Assembly (NCBI GenBank): GCA_964446285.1
Contig: CAYUNT010000034.1
Coordinates: 1 to 28,832 of the forward strand
DNA from: an uncultured Candidatus Sumerlaeota bacterium
GTDB taxonomy: Bacteria > Sumerlaeota > Sumerlaeia > SLMS01 > CAYUNT01
Direction of reading: 5' to 3'
Length of the DNA stretch: 28,832 nucleotides
Part shown: piece after piece, positions 1-8,252 of the stretch
Layout: every line of letters begins with the position of its first letter
Numbering within the stretch: the first letter of the stretch is position 1
The notes under the pieces: generated by a model
Database searches by the model: none
Told to the model about the DNA's origin: nothing
The model's input: only the letters and a program-made list of their open reading frames with translations
Program-made: the position numbers and the translations under genes

Positions 1-459
1 CAGAATCTCCGCCCTCGTTCCAAGATCATAATGCGGGTGCGCCTCGGCCGAAGAGGCGGGGGATGGGGCGGAAGATGCAGGGCCGGGAGACGATGGAGAA
101 AAAGCGGAGATGGGTGGGTCCTCCGCAATTGCCCCGCCGCCGATGCTGAATACCCGGCGCGATGCCACGGCAGCGCCCGCGCCGTCCAGCGCCTCAAATA
201 ACATTCCGAGCGGACGTGGCGGCAGTTCCTCGCCCGGTTTCCAAACGATTTCCGGGACGAGCGGGGCGAGGGCATCGCGGAGGGCGGCGTCGGTCAGATG
301 GCCACGGCCCGTAGCGGCCAAACTCCCATATAGAGTGACGCGAATGCCCGGCGCGCCGGGAAAATCCCTCCGGAAACGCTCCGCCGCAAGGCGCGGCGCC
401 ATGGTGTGGCTGCTCGAAGGTCCAGCGCCGATGCGATAGAGTTCCCGGATTGATTTCAT
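1..459 (-). CDS. sdaA: L-serine dehydratase (Fe-S type), N-terminal part. The gene runs off the left edge of the window, so it has no stop and is absent from the ORF track.
   Basis: Manual reverse-complement translation from ATG at 459 gives MKSIRELYRIGAGPSSSHTMAPRLAAERF...VTLYGSLAATGRGHLTDAAL...RRVFSIGGGAI. This contains the GPSSSHT and LYGSL..TGxGH..D signatures of the L-serine dehydratase beta domain, followed by an S/P/A-rich linker. An AGGAAAGGAAAAA SD-like run lies 4 nt upstream of the ATG. Confidence 0.7.
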   Translation of the reverse strand, partial: MKSIRELYRIGAGPSSSHTMAPRLAAERFRRDFPGAPGIRVTLYGSLAATGRGHLTDAALRDALAPLVPEIVWKPGEELPPRPLGMLFEALDGAGAAVASRRVFSIGGGAIAEDPPISAFSPSSPGPASSAPSPASSAEAHPHYDLGTRAEIL

Positions 460-484
460 TCGGTTTTTCCTTTCCTTGCGCGGT

Positions 485-1378
485 TTATGAACCCGCCTTT
501 TCGCCCGGAGATGGATCGTCAGAATGCTTCGATGGGCCGAAAACATTGATGACATCAAAGGTTCCGTCGCCGCGCCGCAAGCGCACAGGCACCTCATAAC
601 CGCCAATCACCGAGTCGTGCGGAATGCGGCTGAGGTCGCCGTCGAAAATCCAGCGAACCGGTCCGCCGCTGCCTGGTTCGGGAGGCGAGAGCGCGCCAAG
701 CCCCTCTACCGCGATGGCGGGGAATCGCTGTTTTTCATCGGTGGAAAAACGGAATTGAAACGGCGGCCCGATCGACGATTTGCGCCGGAGCGGAACCAGA
801 TAGCGCGGTTTTGCGCCTTTGGCCGGAGAATTGACACCGACGACCTCGCCCGCTTCGCCGCGCTGTGCCTCGCCTCCGGCCGCATAATACGCCAGCGCTT
901 CGAGCAAGACAGCGTCGTTGCGCATCGCCGGAGCCAGGCGCAGGCCGCTGCTCGCCGCGACGCCTTCACTGCCCCCGCCTTGGCTCCCCCCCTCGCCGCC
1001 GCCTGCCGCAGTCTCGGCAAGGTCTTTGTCCATGCGCGATAAAATGCCCGCCAGAGCGGCCATTTCCTCCAGGGCTTGTGTGCGGTCGAGACTGTGGAAC
1101 GTCCGCCGGATAAACGTGAAACTGATTGCCGCGAGGATGATCACCGTCGCGCCAATTACTACATAGGTTTTCCATTCCTCGCGATTGCCGATCATGCTTC
1201 GCGTGGTGGAAATTCCCCCTTCCGTTCCGGCGGGTTTGCCCGCGCCGCCTTTGCCTTGCGGCTTTTTACCGCCCGAGGCGGTGCTGGCGGGCCGTCCGCG
1301 AGGAACCACGATCCGCGGCCGGTCTGGGGAAGACGCCTGGCGCTGGAAAAACTGCTGGGGAGGGCCTTTTCGTGACAT
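485..1378 (-). CDS. Hypothetical bitopic (type II) membrane protein. It has a Gly/Lys/Pro-rich cytoplasmic N-terminus, one TM helix, and an extracytoplasmic domain of unknown function.
   Basis: ORF 485..1498. I chose the internal ATG at 1378 (MSRKGPPQQ...) because the region upstream is low-complexity. There is a single strongly hydrophobic segment, WKTYVVIGATVIILAAISFTFI. The gene ends 26 nt before the sdaA start, which suggests an operon. No motif I can assign to a family. Confidence 0.4.
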   Translation of the reverse strand: MSRKGPPQQFFQRQASSPDRPRIVVPRGRPASTASGGKKPQGKGGAGKPAGTEGGISTTRSMIGNREEWKTYVVIGATVIILAAISFTFIRRTFHSLDRTQALEEMAALAGILSRMDKDLAETAAGGGEGGSQGGGSEGVAASSGLRLAPAMRNDAVLLEALAYYAAGGEAQRGEAGEVVGVNSPAKGAKPRYLVPLRRKSSIGPPFQFRFSTDEKQRFPAIAVEGLGALSPPEPGSGGPVRWIFDGDLSRIPHDSVIGGYEVPVRLRRGDGTFDVINVFGPSKHSDDPSPGEKAGS

Positions 1379-1543
1379 TGGAGGAACAAACCCCGAAGTC
1401 GAATGGGAATGCGGCAGAACAGTGGCGAATTCAAACGCCATACTGAACAGGAAAAATCTTACCCGGAACCTGGTGACGCTTTCCAGCCCGATTCTCAAAC
1501 GCCGATTTCTTTAGGCGTGTCCATCGGCGGGTGCGACCTTGCG

Positions 1544-2170
1544 CTATTTGGGAAAAAGCGAGTCTATGGCCCAGCGTCCGCCGCCGCGGCGCAAGACCCA
1601 TGCCGCCGCGCAGATCAGCGCGGCATTGCGGGCCAGCGAAGGCCATCCCACGGGACCCTGGCCGAGCGCGCCAAAACATCCGCAACTAATTGTCATGCCG
1701 CTCAGCACCGCCCAGGCGAGGGCGCCCGTGAAGGCGGCGAGCAATCCTATCGCAACCAACGCCGCCGCGCGCGAAAAAACGCCCAGCGCCAGGCACGCTC
1801 CCGCCACAATTTCCTGCCAGATAAAGAAAAACGCCAGTGCTGCCACCCACGAAGTCGGAACCATCCCAAAGGCGTCTATCGAAAGCGCGAATGCCTTGGG
1901 CGAACGCATTTTCAGCGTTGAGGCGAGCAGCAGCGATCCTCCAACGGCCAATCGGCACAGCAAAAGCGCCAGCGACGATTGCGCCGCGAGCAAAATGCAG
2001 CTGAGCAACCCCTTTCGCTGTTCCCCGTGCCGCGAACTTTGGTCCTGCGGACCTTCATTATGGGGAGCCTGACGCCGCTTAAGTTGATCCTCCGAGGGCA
2101 GAGGCGGGGCCTTGGATTTTGCCGATTCCTCCGCGCCCTTTCGCGGAGATGTTTGTGGAAAATCCTTCAT
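1544..2170 (-). CDS. MauE/DoxX-family integral membrane protein (CGCFG motif)
   Basis: The ORF has four hydrophobic helices and the ISCGCFG motif typical of MauE/DoxX-like proteins, followed by a conserved W near the C-terminus. The start is uncertain. The ORF reaches a TTG at 2254, and ATGs lie at 2233, 2221 and 2170. I used 2170 (MKDFPQ) because the upstream part is low-complexity. Confidence 0.5.
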   Translation of the reverse strand: MKDFPQTSPRKGAEESAKSKAPPLPSEDQLKRRQAPHNEGPQDQSSRHGEQRKGLLSCILLAAQSSLALLLCRLAVGGSLLLASTLKMRSPKAFALSIDAFGMVPTSWVAALAFFFIWQEIVAGACLALGVFSRAAALVAIGLLAAFTGALAWAVLSGMTISCGCFGALGQGPVGWPSLARNAALICAAAWVLRRGGGRWAIDSLFPK

Positions 2171-2384
2171 ATTATTTGAATCACGAGATCCGTTCAGCAG
2201 AGATAACCGCGCTTGCCGCATCGCCGCCTGCATTGCGGCCAATCGCCAAGCCAAACGGCTTTCTAGGAAATCTGCTCAGCCGCCGTCAACCCCAGCCGAG
2301 CAAAAGGCACATGGATGCCAATTATTTCGCCCCTGTCTTTTTCCGCTCACGCGCTTTGGTTGGGTGCATTCTGGCACTTTGCGG

Positions 2385-2594
2385 ATGGCCCACGCAGGGG
2401 GGAATGTGTTGCGCAAGAAGTCTGAAGGCAGGAGGTCCGAAGGTGAGAGGTCCAAAGGCAAAAGGTCCGAAGGGCCGGTTTCAATACAGCCCAGGTCGGA
2501 GCGAAGCGAAGGCCTGGGATTGGGCAAATCCTCTATGAATCCGAGCTCCGAAGGAGCGGATTCAAAACGTGGCGAAATCTCTTGTCTGTTTTGA
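2385..2594 (+). CDS. Candidate small highly charged protein with (R/K)SEGx pentapeptide repeats. Speculative.
   Basis: Frame-0 ORF from ATG 2385 (MAHAGGNVLRKKSEGRRSEGERSKGKRSEGP...). It lies in the ~560-nt gap between the MauE-like gene and prfB. The underlying 15-nt DNA repeat varies mostly at Gly wobble positions (ggc/ggt/ggc/ggg) in this frame, which is the pattern expected under coding constraint. There is no convincing SD. Confidence 0.25.
   Translation: MAHAGGNVLRKKSEGRRSEGERSKGKRSEGPVSIQPRSERSEGLGLGKSSMNPSSEGADSKRGEISCLF
2417..2555. repeat. Degenerate tandem repeat, about 6 copies of a 15-nt unit approximating AGGTCCGAAGGNNNN
   Basis: Read directly: gaagtctgaaggcag / gaggtccgaaggtgag / aggtccaaaggcaaa / aggtccgaagggccg / ...aggtcggagcgaagcgaaggcc / gagctccgaaggagcg. 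Confidence 0.5.
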
Positions 2595-2816
2595 TGCCGC
2601 TTGCCCTTCCGCTCCTGGGGGACACCATGTACCTGTGTATTACCTGAATTGCCGGATCGTTGTCTTGACGTTTCGGCGGGAGAGGGAGCACAGTAATTGC
2701 TTGTGCCGGGGCAGCGAATGCCGCGCGCGCCTGATTGAACCCGATTCGCCGGAGCGTTTTACTCGCTTTTTTCGCTTGTCCCAGGCGCGATTCCAAATCC
2801 GAAATGAGCCGTTCCC

Positions 2817-3930
2817 ATGCTATCCGATGCCATTCAGATTCTTGCCGCGATGAAGACGAAAACCGAAGAAAATCGGAGGTATCTTTGACCTCGATAGCCG
2901 AAAATCGCGCCTTCAGGAACTTGATGCACTGACGCAGCAACCGCAATTCTGGGGTGATCAGACGGGCAGCAAGGCGGTGATGAAAGAGATTAAACGCCTG
3001 AAATCCGTGATCGGACCTTGGGATGCGCTGGCGAAAAACATCGGAGACACGTTGGAACTGGCCGAGCTCCTTAAAGAGGAAGGGACTCTGGAGGGGCCGG
3101 ATGTGGAACAGATCGAGCGGGAGGCGCGTGAGATTGAAACACGCGCGCATGATCTCGAATTCCGCTCGATGATGAGCGACGAAGCCGACATCCTCAACTG
3201 CTTCATAAACATTCACCCGGGCGCGGGCGGCACCGAGTCGCAGGATTGGTCGCAGATGCTCCTGCGCCTGTATTTGCGCTGGGCGGAGCGCCACGGCTTC
3301 GAGGTGCATGAACTCGATCTCGACGACGGCGAAGTCGCTGGGATCAAGAATGCGACAATTCATGTCATCGGGGAATATGCATATGGCTACTTGAAAGGCG
3401 AAACGGGCGTCCACCGGCTGGTGCGCATTTCGCCATTCGACGCCAATGCGCGCCGCCACACGTCGTTTTCGGCCGTGTATGTGTCGCCCGAGGTGGATGA
3501 ATCCATCGAGATCGAAGTTAACGAAAAGGACATCCGCCTGGACTCATTCCGCGCGGGCGGGAAGGGCGGCCAGAAGGTCAATAAAACCACAAGCGCCGTG
3601 CGAATCACGCACTTCCCTACAGGCATTGTGGTGCAGTGCCAGAACGAGCGCTCGTGGCATCAGAACCGCGAGATGGCCTTCAAGGTTCTCCGCTCGCGAT
3701 TGTATGAATATGAGCTAAAACGGCGCCGCGCGGAACTGGACAAACTTGAATCGCAAAAGGCCGACATCAATTTTGGCTCGCAAATCCGCAACTATGTTCT
3801 GCATCCATATCAGCTTGTGAAAGACCTGCGGACGGACGTGGAGACGTCAGACACGCAAGGCGTTCTCGACGGCGAAATCGACGAATTCATCGAGGCGCTG
3901 CTCAAGCAAGGGATGAAGTCGGTTAAGTAG
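2817..3930 (+). CDS. prfB: Peptide chain release factor 2. It is encoded in two frames joined by a programmed +1 ribosomal frameshift: 2817..2885 in frame 0, then 2887..3930.
   Basis: Frame 0 from ATG 2817 reads MLSDAIQILAAMKTKTEENRRYL and then hits TGA at 2886-2888. The +1 frame continues DLDSRKSRLQELDALTQQPQFWGDQ...SPFDANARRHTSF...GGQ...NKTTSAVRITHFPTGIVVQCQ. This is the RF2 domain organisation with the GGQ motif. The track ORF 2977..3930 is the downstream part only. Confidence 0.9.
2875..2889 (+). promoter_or_regulatory. prfB autoregulatory +1 frameshift site: internal SD-like GGAGG, then 3-nt spacer (TAT), then CTT TGA C
   Basis: The sequence GGAGGTATCTTTGAC at 2875-2889 almost matches the E. 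coli prfB frameshift cassette (AGGGGGTATCTTTGAC). The in-frame UGA is followed by C, which is the weak-termination context. Confidence 0.85.
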
Positions 3931-4032
3931 AGTTGTGAATTTTGGGTTGCGAGTTGTGAGAAAGAAAGTGGGCAGTGACCAGTGGCAAGGGGAAAGTTAT
4001 GAGTTGCGAGTTATGAGTTGCGAGTTGCGGGC
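3931..4032. repeat. Purine-rich (GAGTTGY)n heptad tract between convergent prfB and sensor genes. The minus-strand transcript here is C-rich and G-poor.
   Basis: Sequence: gagttgtga..ggttgcgagttgtgag aaagaaagtg ... atgagttgcgagttatgagttgcgagttgcggg. I count about 8 C in the first 100 nt of the plus strand. A related copy lies at 19654-19715. Confidence 0.55.
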
Positions 4033-4051
4033 AGCGGATTGGGAAAACGGG

Positions 4052-7000
4052 TTAGGAGTGCGATGCCTTGGGATGACTTTGCAGTTGGGCATTTATCCAT
4101 AGTTCGATTTCCGGGGCAGGCGCTGGTTTCTGGAAGTAGAAGCCCTGGACAAAATCACATCCAAGATGCCGCACTTTTTCGAGCTGGGCTTCTTCTTCCA
4201 CGCCTTCGGCAATAACTCGCAGGCCAAGATTGTGGCCCAGCGAGACGACAGAACGCACGATTTCCATGCTCTTTGACTCTTGTTCGATGCCCAGGATCAG
4301 GGAACGGTCGATCTTGAGCGCATCGAGCGAAAACTGCCGCAAATACGATAGCGAAGAATACCCGCTCCCAAAATCGTCCACAACCAGGCGCACGCCCAGC
4401 CGGTGAAGAACTCCCAGCACTTCCGTGGTATATTCAGGGTTTTTCATAAGGGAAGACTCGGTCAATTCAAGCCACAACATGCCTGGTTCCGTGGCGGCCT
4501 CGCCCAGCGCCTTTTGCACCTTATCCACGAGCAGGGGGTCCGTGAACTGGCGCATGGAAAGATTGATGGCGATTGATATTGGGCAATTGGCAGGCAAACG
4601 CTGGCGCCATGCACGCAACTGTTTGCACGATTCTCTGAGCACCCAGGTTCCCAGAGGGACAATCAGGTCCGTATCTTCCGCGATGGCTATCAGCTCGCCC
4701 GGGGTGAGCAGGCCCAGTTGCGGATGACGCCACCGCAAGAGAGCCTCCAGCCCGATTTCATTGTGGCCATTGAGCGGCATGATTGGCTGGTAATGCATTT
4801 CGAGTTCGCGCCCTTGGAGGGCGCGGCGAAGACCGCTTTCCAACTCGAGCTGGTGGATTGTCTGCTTGTGCATTGCTTCATCGAAAATGGCGCTTAATCC
4901 CCGCCCGAGAGCCTTGGCTCGATACATGGCAATTTCCGCGTTGCGAAGCAGACCCTCAGCCTGTTCCTCCTTGGGGGATCCGAAGGCCACTCCGACGCTC
5001 GCGGTCACATGCAGACTGCGTTCCTGAATCCAGAATGGCTGTTCAAGCACCTCGTGGATTCGGTCGGCCAGGCGCAACGCGGCGCTTTCGCCAGGGATGT
5101 CGTCGAGCAGGATAACAAACTCATCCCCGCCGGGGCGCGCGATTGTATCGCCGGGGCGGAGAAGCGAAGCAAGGCGGTGGCCAATTTCCATCAGCAAGCG
5201 GTCTCCGGCGGAATGGCCCAGGCTGTCATTCACATTCTTGAAGCGATCCATGTCCGCCAGGAGAATGGCGAATTGATATTTCTCGCGCCCTCGCGCCCGC
5301 TCCAGGCATTGCCCAATGCGGTCCATCAAAAGAGTCCGGTTGGGCAAATCCGTCAGGCTGTCGTGGAAAACATGGCGGACGATGCGTTCTTCGGCCTGTT
5401 TGCGATCTGTCACATTGCGCACAATCGCAAGAACGCGGTTCTGGCCGCATGGAACGACCCGGGCCTCAAAATAGGCCAGCTTTCCCCGAATGCGCAGTGG
5501 ATATTCGATAACCTGCATTTCCCGGGTTTTCAAGGCGCGCTCCTGCGCCAGCGCATGAATTCCCGCCAGGCTTTCTGGAAAGATTTCCCGGAAGTTTTTG
5601 CCCAGAAACGACTCGGCTGGCATGAGGAGGTCCTCTTCGTTGCGAGCGTGATAGTCCAGGAATACGCCATCCGCGCTCATTAAAAACATCATGTCCGGCA
5701 GGGCATGGAGCAAGGCGCGGTTTCTTGCCTCGCTCTCACGCAGGGCATCGTCCGCGCGCGCCGCGTCCAGCGCATTGGTCAGTATTTCTCCGACAATTTT
5801 CAGCAGCGCCACCACATCGTCCGGCCATGTTTTCTCTCTGCGAACCGCGTCGAATCCCAAAAATCCAACCAGGTTGCCGCGCGTGATCATTGGCACAGCA
5901 ACCAGGGAATGCACACCTTGCGCTTCGAGCATTGCTTTTTCCGTGCTGGCCTCCGCGGGCATTTGCGGCACGCGCGGAATAAGGATGATTCTGCCTGAGC
6001 GCAATTGGCTCATCCACCAGGGAATGGATTTTACCGGAATATCCTGAAGATTTTCTTTTTGCGGCTCGATGCCTTCCGCGCACCATTCGTGCGTGTTGCC
6101 GATAGATTCTCCGCCAGGCAGAATGTCAAAAATATAACTCCGATCCGCCTGGACAAAGGCGCCAATTTTCGCGAGCGATTGTTCGATTTCCGCATCCAGT
6201 TGCTCCTCGGGAACGGAGATGAACCGGGTGGAAATAGAGGTAATTAAACGCTCGAATTGTATTCGGTAGCGAAGGGCTTCTTCCGCCTTTTTGCGGTCGC
6301 GGTCCTCAATATGCAATGCAATCAGGTCGGCAACAGAGCCAGCGAATTCCTGCTCCGCCAGGGTCCACTTGCGAGCGGGTCCGATATGTTCATGGCACAC
6401 AACACCCACAACACGCCCGCCAATTCGAATCGGCGCGTCCATGAGGGCGCCGATTCCCAAAGGTATGAGATAATCAGCACTGAATTCCTGAGTTCGCGGA
6501 TCGTTTGGCGCATCCGAAGCCACCAGAGCGCGTTCCGATTCCAGCGCCTTAAAATAGGTGGGGAAAGAATCCACTATCAGGTCGGGCGCATGGGTGTGTT
6601 CCTTGACTCCGGAATCGAACAGGTCCCTGCCAACAAGACGGGTGTGATCGTCTGAAAAGAACCAGACGCCAACTCGCTGCACTTCGATGGTGCGGGCGGC
6701 CATTTCCGTGAGTTGATGAATAATATCATCGAGGTTGCCGCTTTCGCGCAGCGTGCGCAGGGAAAATTCCGCCAGGGCGGGGACTTGGCGGCGCAGACGG
6801 TCGTCATTCTCCCGCATGGTCCGAACTTCCTCGCATTCGAGGCGCGCTTCTTCCAAACCCTGCAAAGTATGATTTATGGATTCGCCCAGTTGGCCCAGTT
6901 CATCACTGCCTTCCGCTTCTACGCGGCCAGAAAAGTCGCGCTCGCGCGCGATGCGTCCCAGACCCTCGCTCAGGCGCGCCAGGCGCGCGAGCACGAGCCG

Positions 7001-7927
7001 TTCGAGCAGCCCAATTCCCAATACTCCAAACAGCACGCCAATGGCCGCCAATAGAAGGAGGTAAGACCAGAAGGTGGTCCGGCCTTCTATGTAAATGGCC
7101 GGAGTTCTGCTGGCCATCAGCAGGAGGGCGGGCTTGTCCTCCACGTCGCGAATTACACCAAACCCGCTCACCTCATTTGGCGTTACGGGAAGGATAAGGA
7201 TCGATTCGCGCCCTTTCAGCCGGTTCAAAATTTCCTCGTCCATATTCAATGGCGGGCTGGCGAAAGGAAAACCCCGGAGCGATATCCGCATCGCCTGGCC
7301 CGCGCGCTGAACCTCATCATCGTCCACCCATCTCCCCATGACAAAAATACCCCGGGGCGGCCCCTTCTTTTTGGAGGTCAGAATCGGGCAGGCGGCTAGC
7401 ATCGCCGTCTTGTTGTGAACAGATAACAAACCAGAAAATGCGTTGTTGGCTGCCCCCTTGGAGCGCCGCAAGAGCGCGCTATGAACAGCGCGAATGATCG
7501 CTTCCTCCGCCTCTTGCGGTTCTCCTTCCCTGGTTGCGCTATCGAATTGAAGCGCTCGGACGCTTGCGAAGGATTGGTCGAAAAGTATCACGAAATTGAC
7601 ATGGAGGTCCAGAAGCGTTGCGCCTGAAAGGTTGGATTGAATAAACGTTTCATCCCGGCTTTGCAAAAATGCGTAGGTATCGTCCCAGTTGGCATAGTCC
7701 TTTGTCGTAGCCATCAGGTTTTTCTGTTCGATAGAAAAGTATTCAAATACCTGCCCTACGGCATATCGCATCTCCTGTTCTTCCAGGTTGGCGAAACTGC
7801 CCAGCAGAACTTGGCGGGAGATAAAATACAGCCCCACGCCCAGAATGGCCAGGGCCGCAACGAATATCACGAACGTTTTTCTGCGCAGACTCACAACCGG
7901 CGCCTCCGCCTGTGTCCGGTGTGCCAA
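4052..7927 (-). CDS. Membrane-bound c-di-GMP signalling protein. Order of parts: TM, periplasmic sensor domain, TM, HAMP, two GAF-like domains, PAS, GGDEF (intact GGDEF and RxxD I-site), EAL (intact EAL and DDFGSG).
   Basis: 1291-aa ORF. TM helices at about aa 18-37 and 284-304. HAMP-like segment aa 305-360. Sequence ...LLRPGDTIARPGGDEFVILLDD at aa 924-940. Sequences EALLRWRHP (aa 1061) and VVDDFGSGYSSLSYL (aa 1182). The annotated start is a TTG at 7927. A better-supported start is the GTG at 7891, which is preceded by GGAGG plus an 8-nt spacer. Confidence 0.85.
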   Translation of the reverse strand: MAHRTQAEAPVVSLRRKTFVIFVAALAILGVGLYFISRQVLLGSFANLEEQEMRYAVGQVFEYFSIEQKNLMATTKDYANWDDTYAFLQSRDETFIQSNLSGATLLDLHVNFVILFDQSFASVRALQFDSATREGEPQEAEEAIIRAVHSALLRRSKGAANNAFSGLLSVHNKTAMLAACPILTSKKKGPPRGIFVMGRWVDDDEVQRAGQAMRISLRGFPFASPPLNMDEEILNRLKGRESILILPVTPNEVSGFGVIRDVEDKPALLLMASRTPAIYIEGRTTFWSYLLLLAAIGVLFGVLGIGLLERLVLARLARLSEGLGRIARERDFSGRVEAEGSDELGQLGESINHTLQGLEEARLECEEVRTMRENDDRLRRQVPALAEFSLRTLRESGNLDDIIHQLTEMAARTIEVQRVGVWFFSDDHTRLVGRDLFDSGVKEHTHAPDLIVDSFPTYFKALESERALVASDAPNDPRTQEFSADYLIPLGIGALMDAPIRIGGRVVGVVCHEHIGPARKWTLAEQEFAGSVADLIALHIEDRDRKKAEEALRYRIQFERLITSISTRFISVPEEQLDAEIEQSLAKIGAFVQADRSYIFDILPGGESIGNTHEWCAEGIEPQKENLQDIPVKSIPWWMSQLRSGRIILIPRVPQMPAEASTEKAMLEAQGVHSLVAVPMITRGNLVGFLGFDAVRREKTWPDDVVALLKIVGEILTNALDAARADDALRESEARNRALLHALPDMMFLMSADGVFLDYHARNEEDLLMPAESFLGKNFREIFPESLAGIHALAQERALKTREMQVIEYPLRIRGKLAYFEARVVPCGQNRVLAIVRNVTDRKQAEERIVRHVFHDSLTDLPNRTLLMDRIGQCLERARGREKYQFAILLADMDRFKNVNDSLGHSAGDRLLMEIGHRLASLLRPGDTIARPGGDEFVILLDDIPGESAALRLADRIHEVLEQPFWIQERSLHVTASVGVAFGSPKEEQAEGLLRNAEIAMYRAKALGRGLSAIFDEAMHKQTIHQLELESGLRRALQGRELEMHYQPIMPLNGHNEIGLEALLRWRHPQLGLLTPGELIAIAEDTDLIVPLGTWVLRESCKQLRAWRQRLPANCPISIAINLSMRQFTDPLLVDKVQKALGEAATEPGMLWLELTESSLMKNPEYTTEVLGVLHRLGVRLVVDDFGSGYSSLSYLRQFSLDALKIDRSLILGIEQESKSMEIVRSVVSLGHNLGLRVIAEGVEEEAQLEKVRHLGCDFVQGFYFQKPAPAPEIELWINAQLQSHPKASHS
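4103..4840 (-). other. EAL (c-di-GMP phosphodiesterase) domain of the sensor protein, roughly aa 1030-1275
   Basis: Residue counting places the EAL domain here. EAL, DDFGSG, ELTE-like and EGVE motifs are all present. Confidence 0.65.
4898..5374 (-). other. GGDEF (diguanylate cyclase) domain of the sensor protein, roughly aa 852-1010
   Basis: Located by residue counting. GGDEF motif at aa 933-937 (nt about 5117-5131). The RPGD I-site ends 5 residues upstream. Confidence 0.65.
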
Positions 7928-8052
7928 TTGGCCAAAGGGAAATGTCTGAGCGAGGGGGAAGCCGGGATCCTTTCATAGATCCATCTCAAATCATGCTTAT
8001 AAATCACTGAGGGGGCGCCACGCAAGACAGGATACATTCAATTCCGCGAATT

Positions 8053-8081
8053 TTGCAGGAATTTTATCTTTATGGCATATT
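8053..8081 (+). promoter_or_regulatory. Candidate sigma70-type promoter for the symporter gene: TTGCAG, 17-nt spacer, CATATT
   Basis: Lies in the only AT-rich stretch of the divergent sensor/symporter intergenic region. Hexamer match is modest (4/6 and 4/6). Confidence 0.2.
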
Positions 8082-8252
8082 GGGGAACCCGCAAAAACGC
8101 GTGGCAGGCTCTTTTCTTTCATCTTGCGTGCCTTGTGCCGCCTTTCCCGTTGACGCCCCCAGGCGCGCCCTCTAGCCGTTTTGAGTGAAACGGCCTTTGC
8201 GCCTGACCGTATCGATTTCCGCGCGCCTGGCGGCGCCGCTTAATGGAAAGGG

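Noticed and set aside
110-439. 109-aa plus-strand ORF of low-complexity A/P/S/R composition
   Set aside because: Lies antisense to the clearly recognisable sdaA coding region. Its composition is typical of out-of-frame GC-rich translation.
2533-3459. 308-aa minus-strand ORF
   Set aside because: Antisense to prfB, whose plus-strand translation has the GGQ motif and full RF2 colinearity. It also overlaps the frameshift cassette.
3931-4032. CRISPR array or tRNA/ncRNA gene in the heptad-repeat region
   Set aside because: Repeat units are only about 7 nt long. They are contiguous with no spacers and there are no cas genes, so this is not CRISPR. No cloverleaf-compatible arms for a tRNA.
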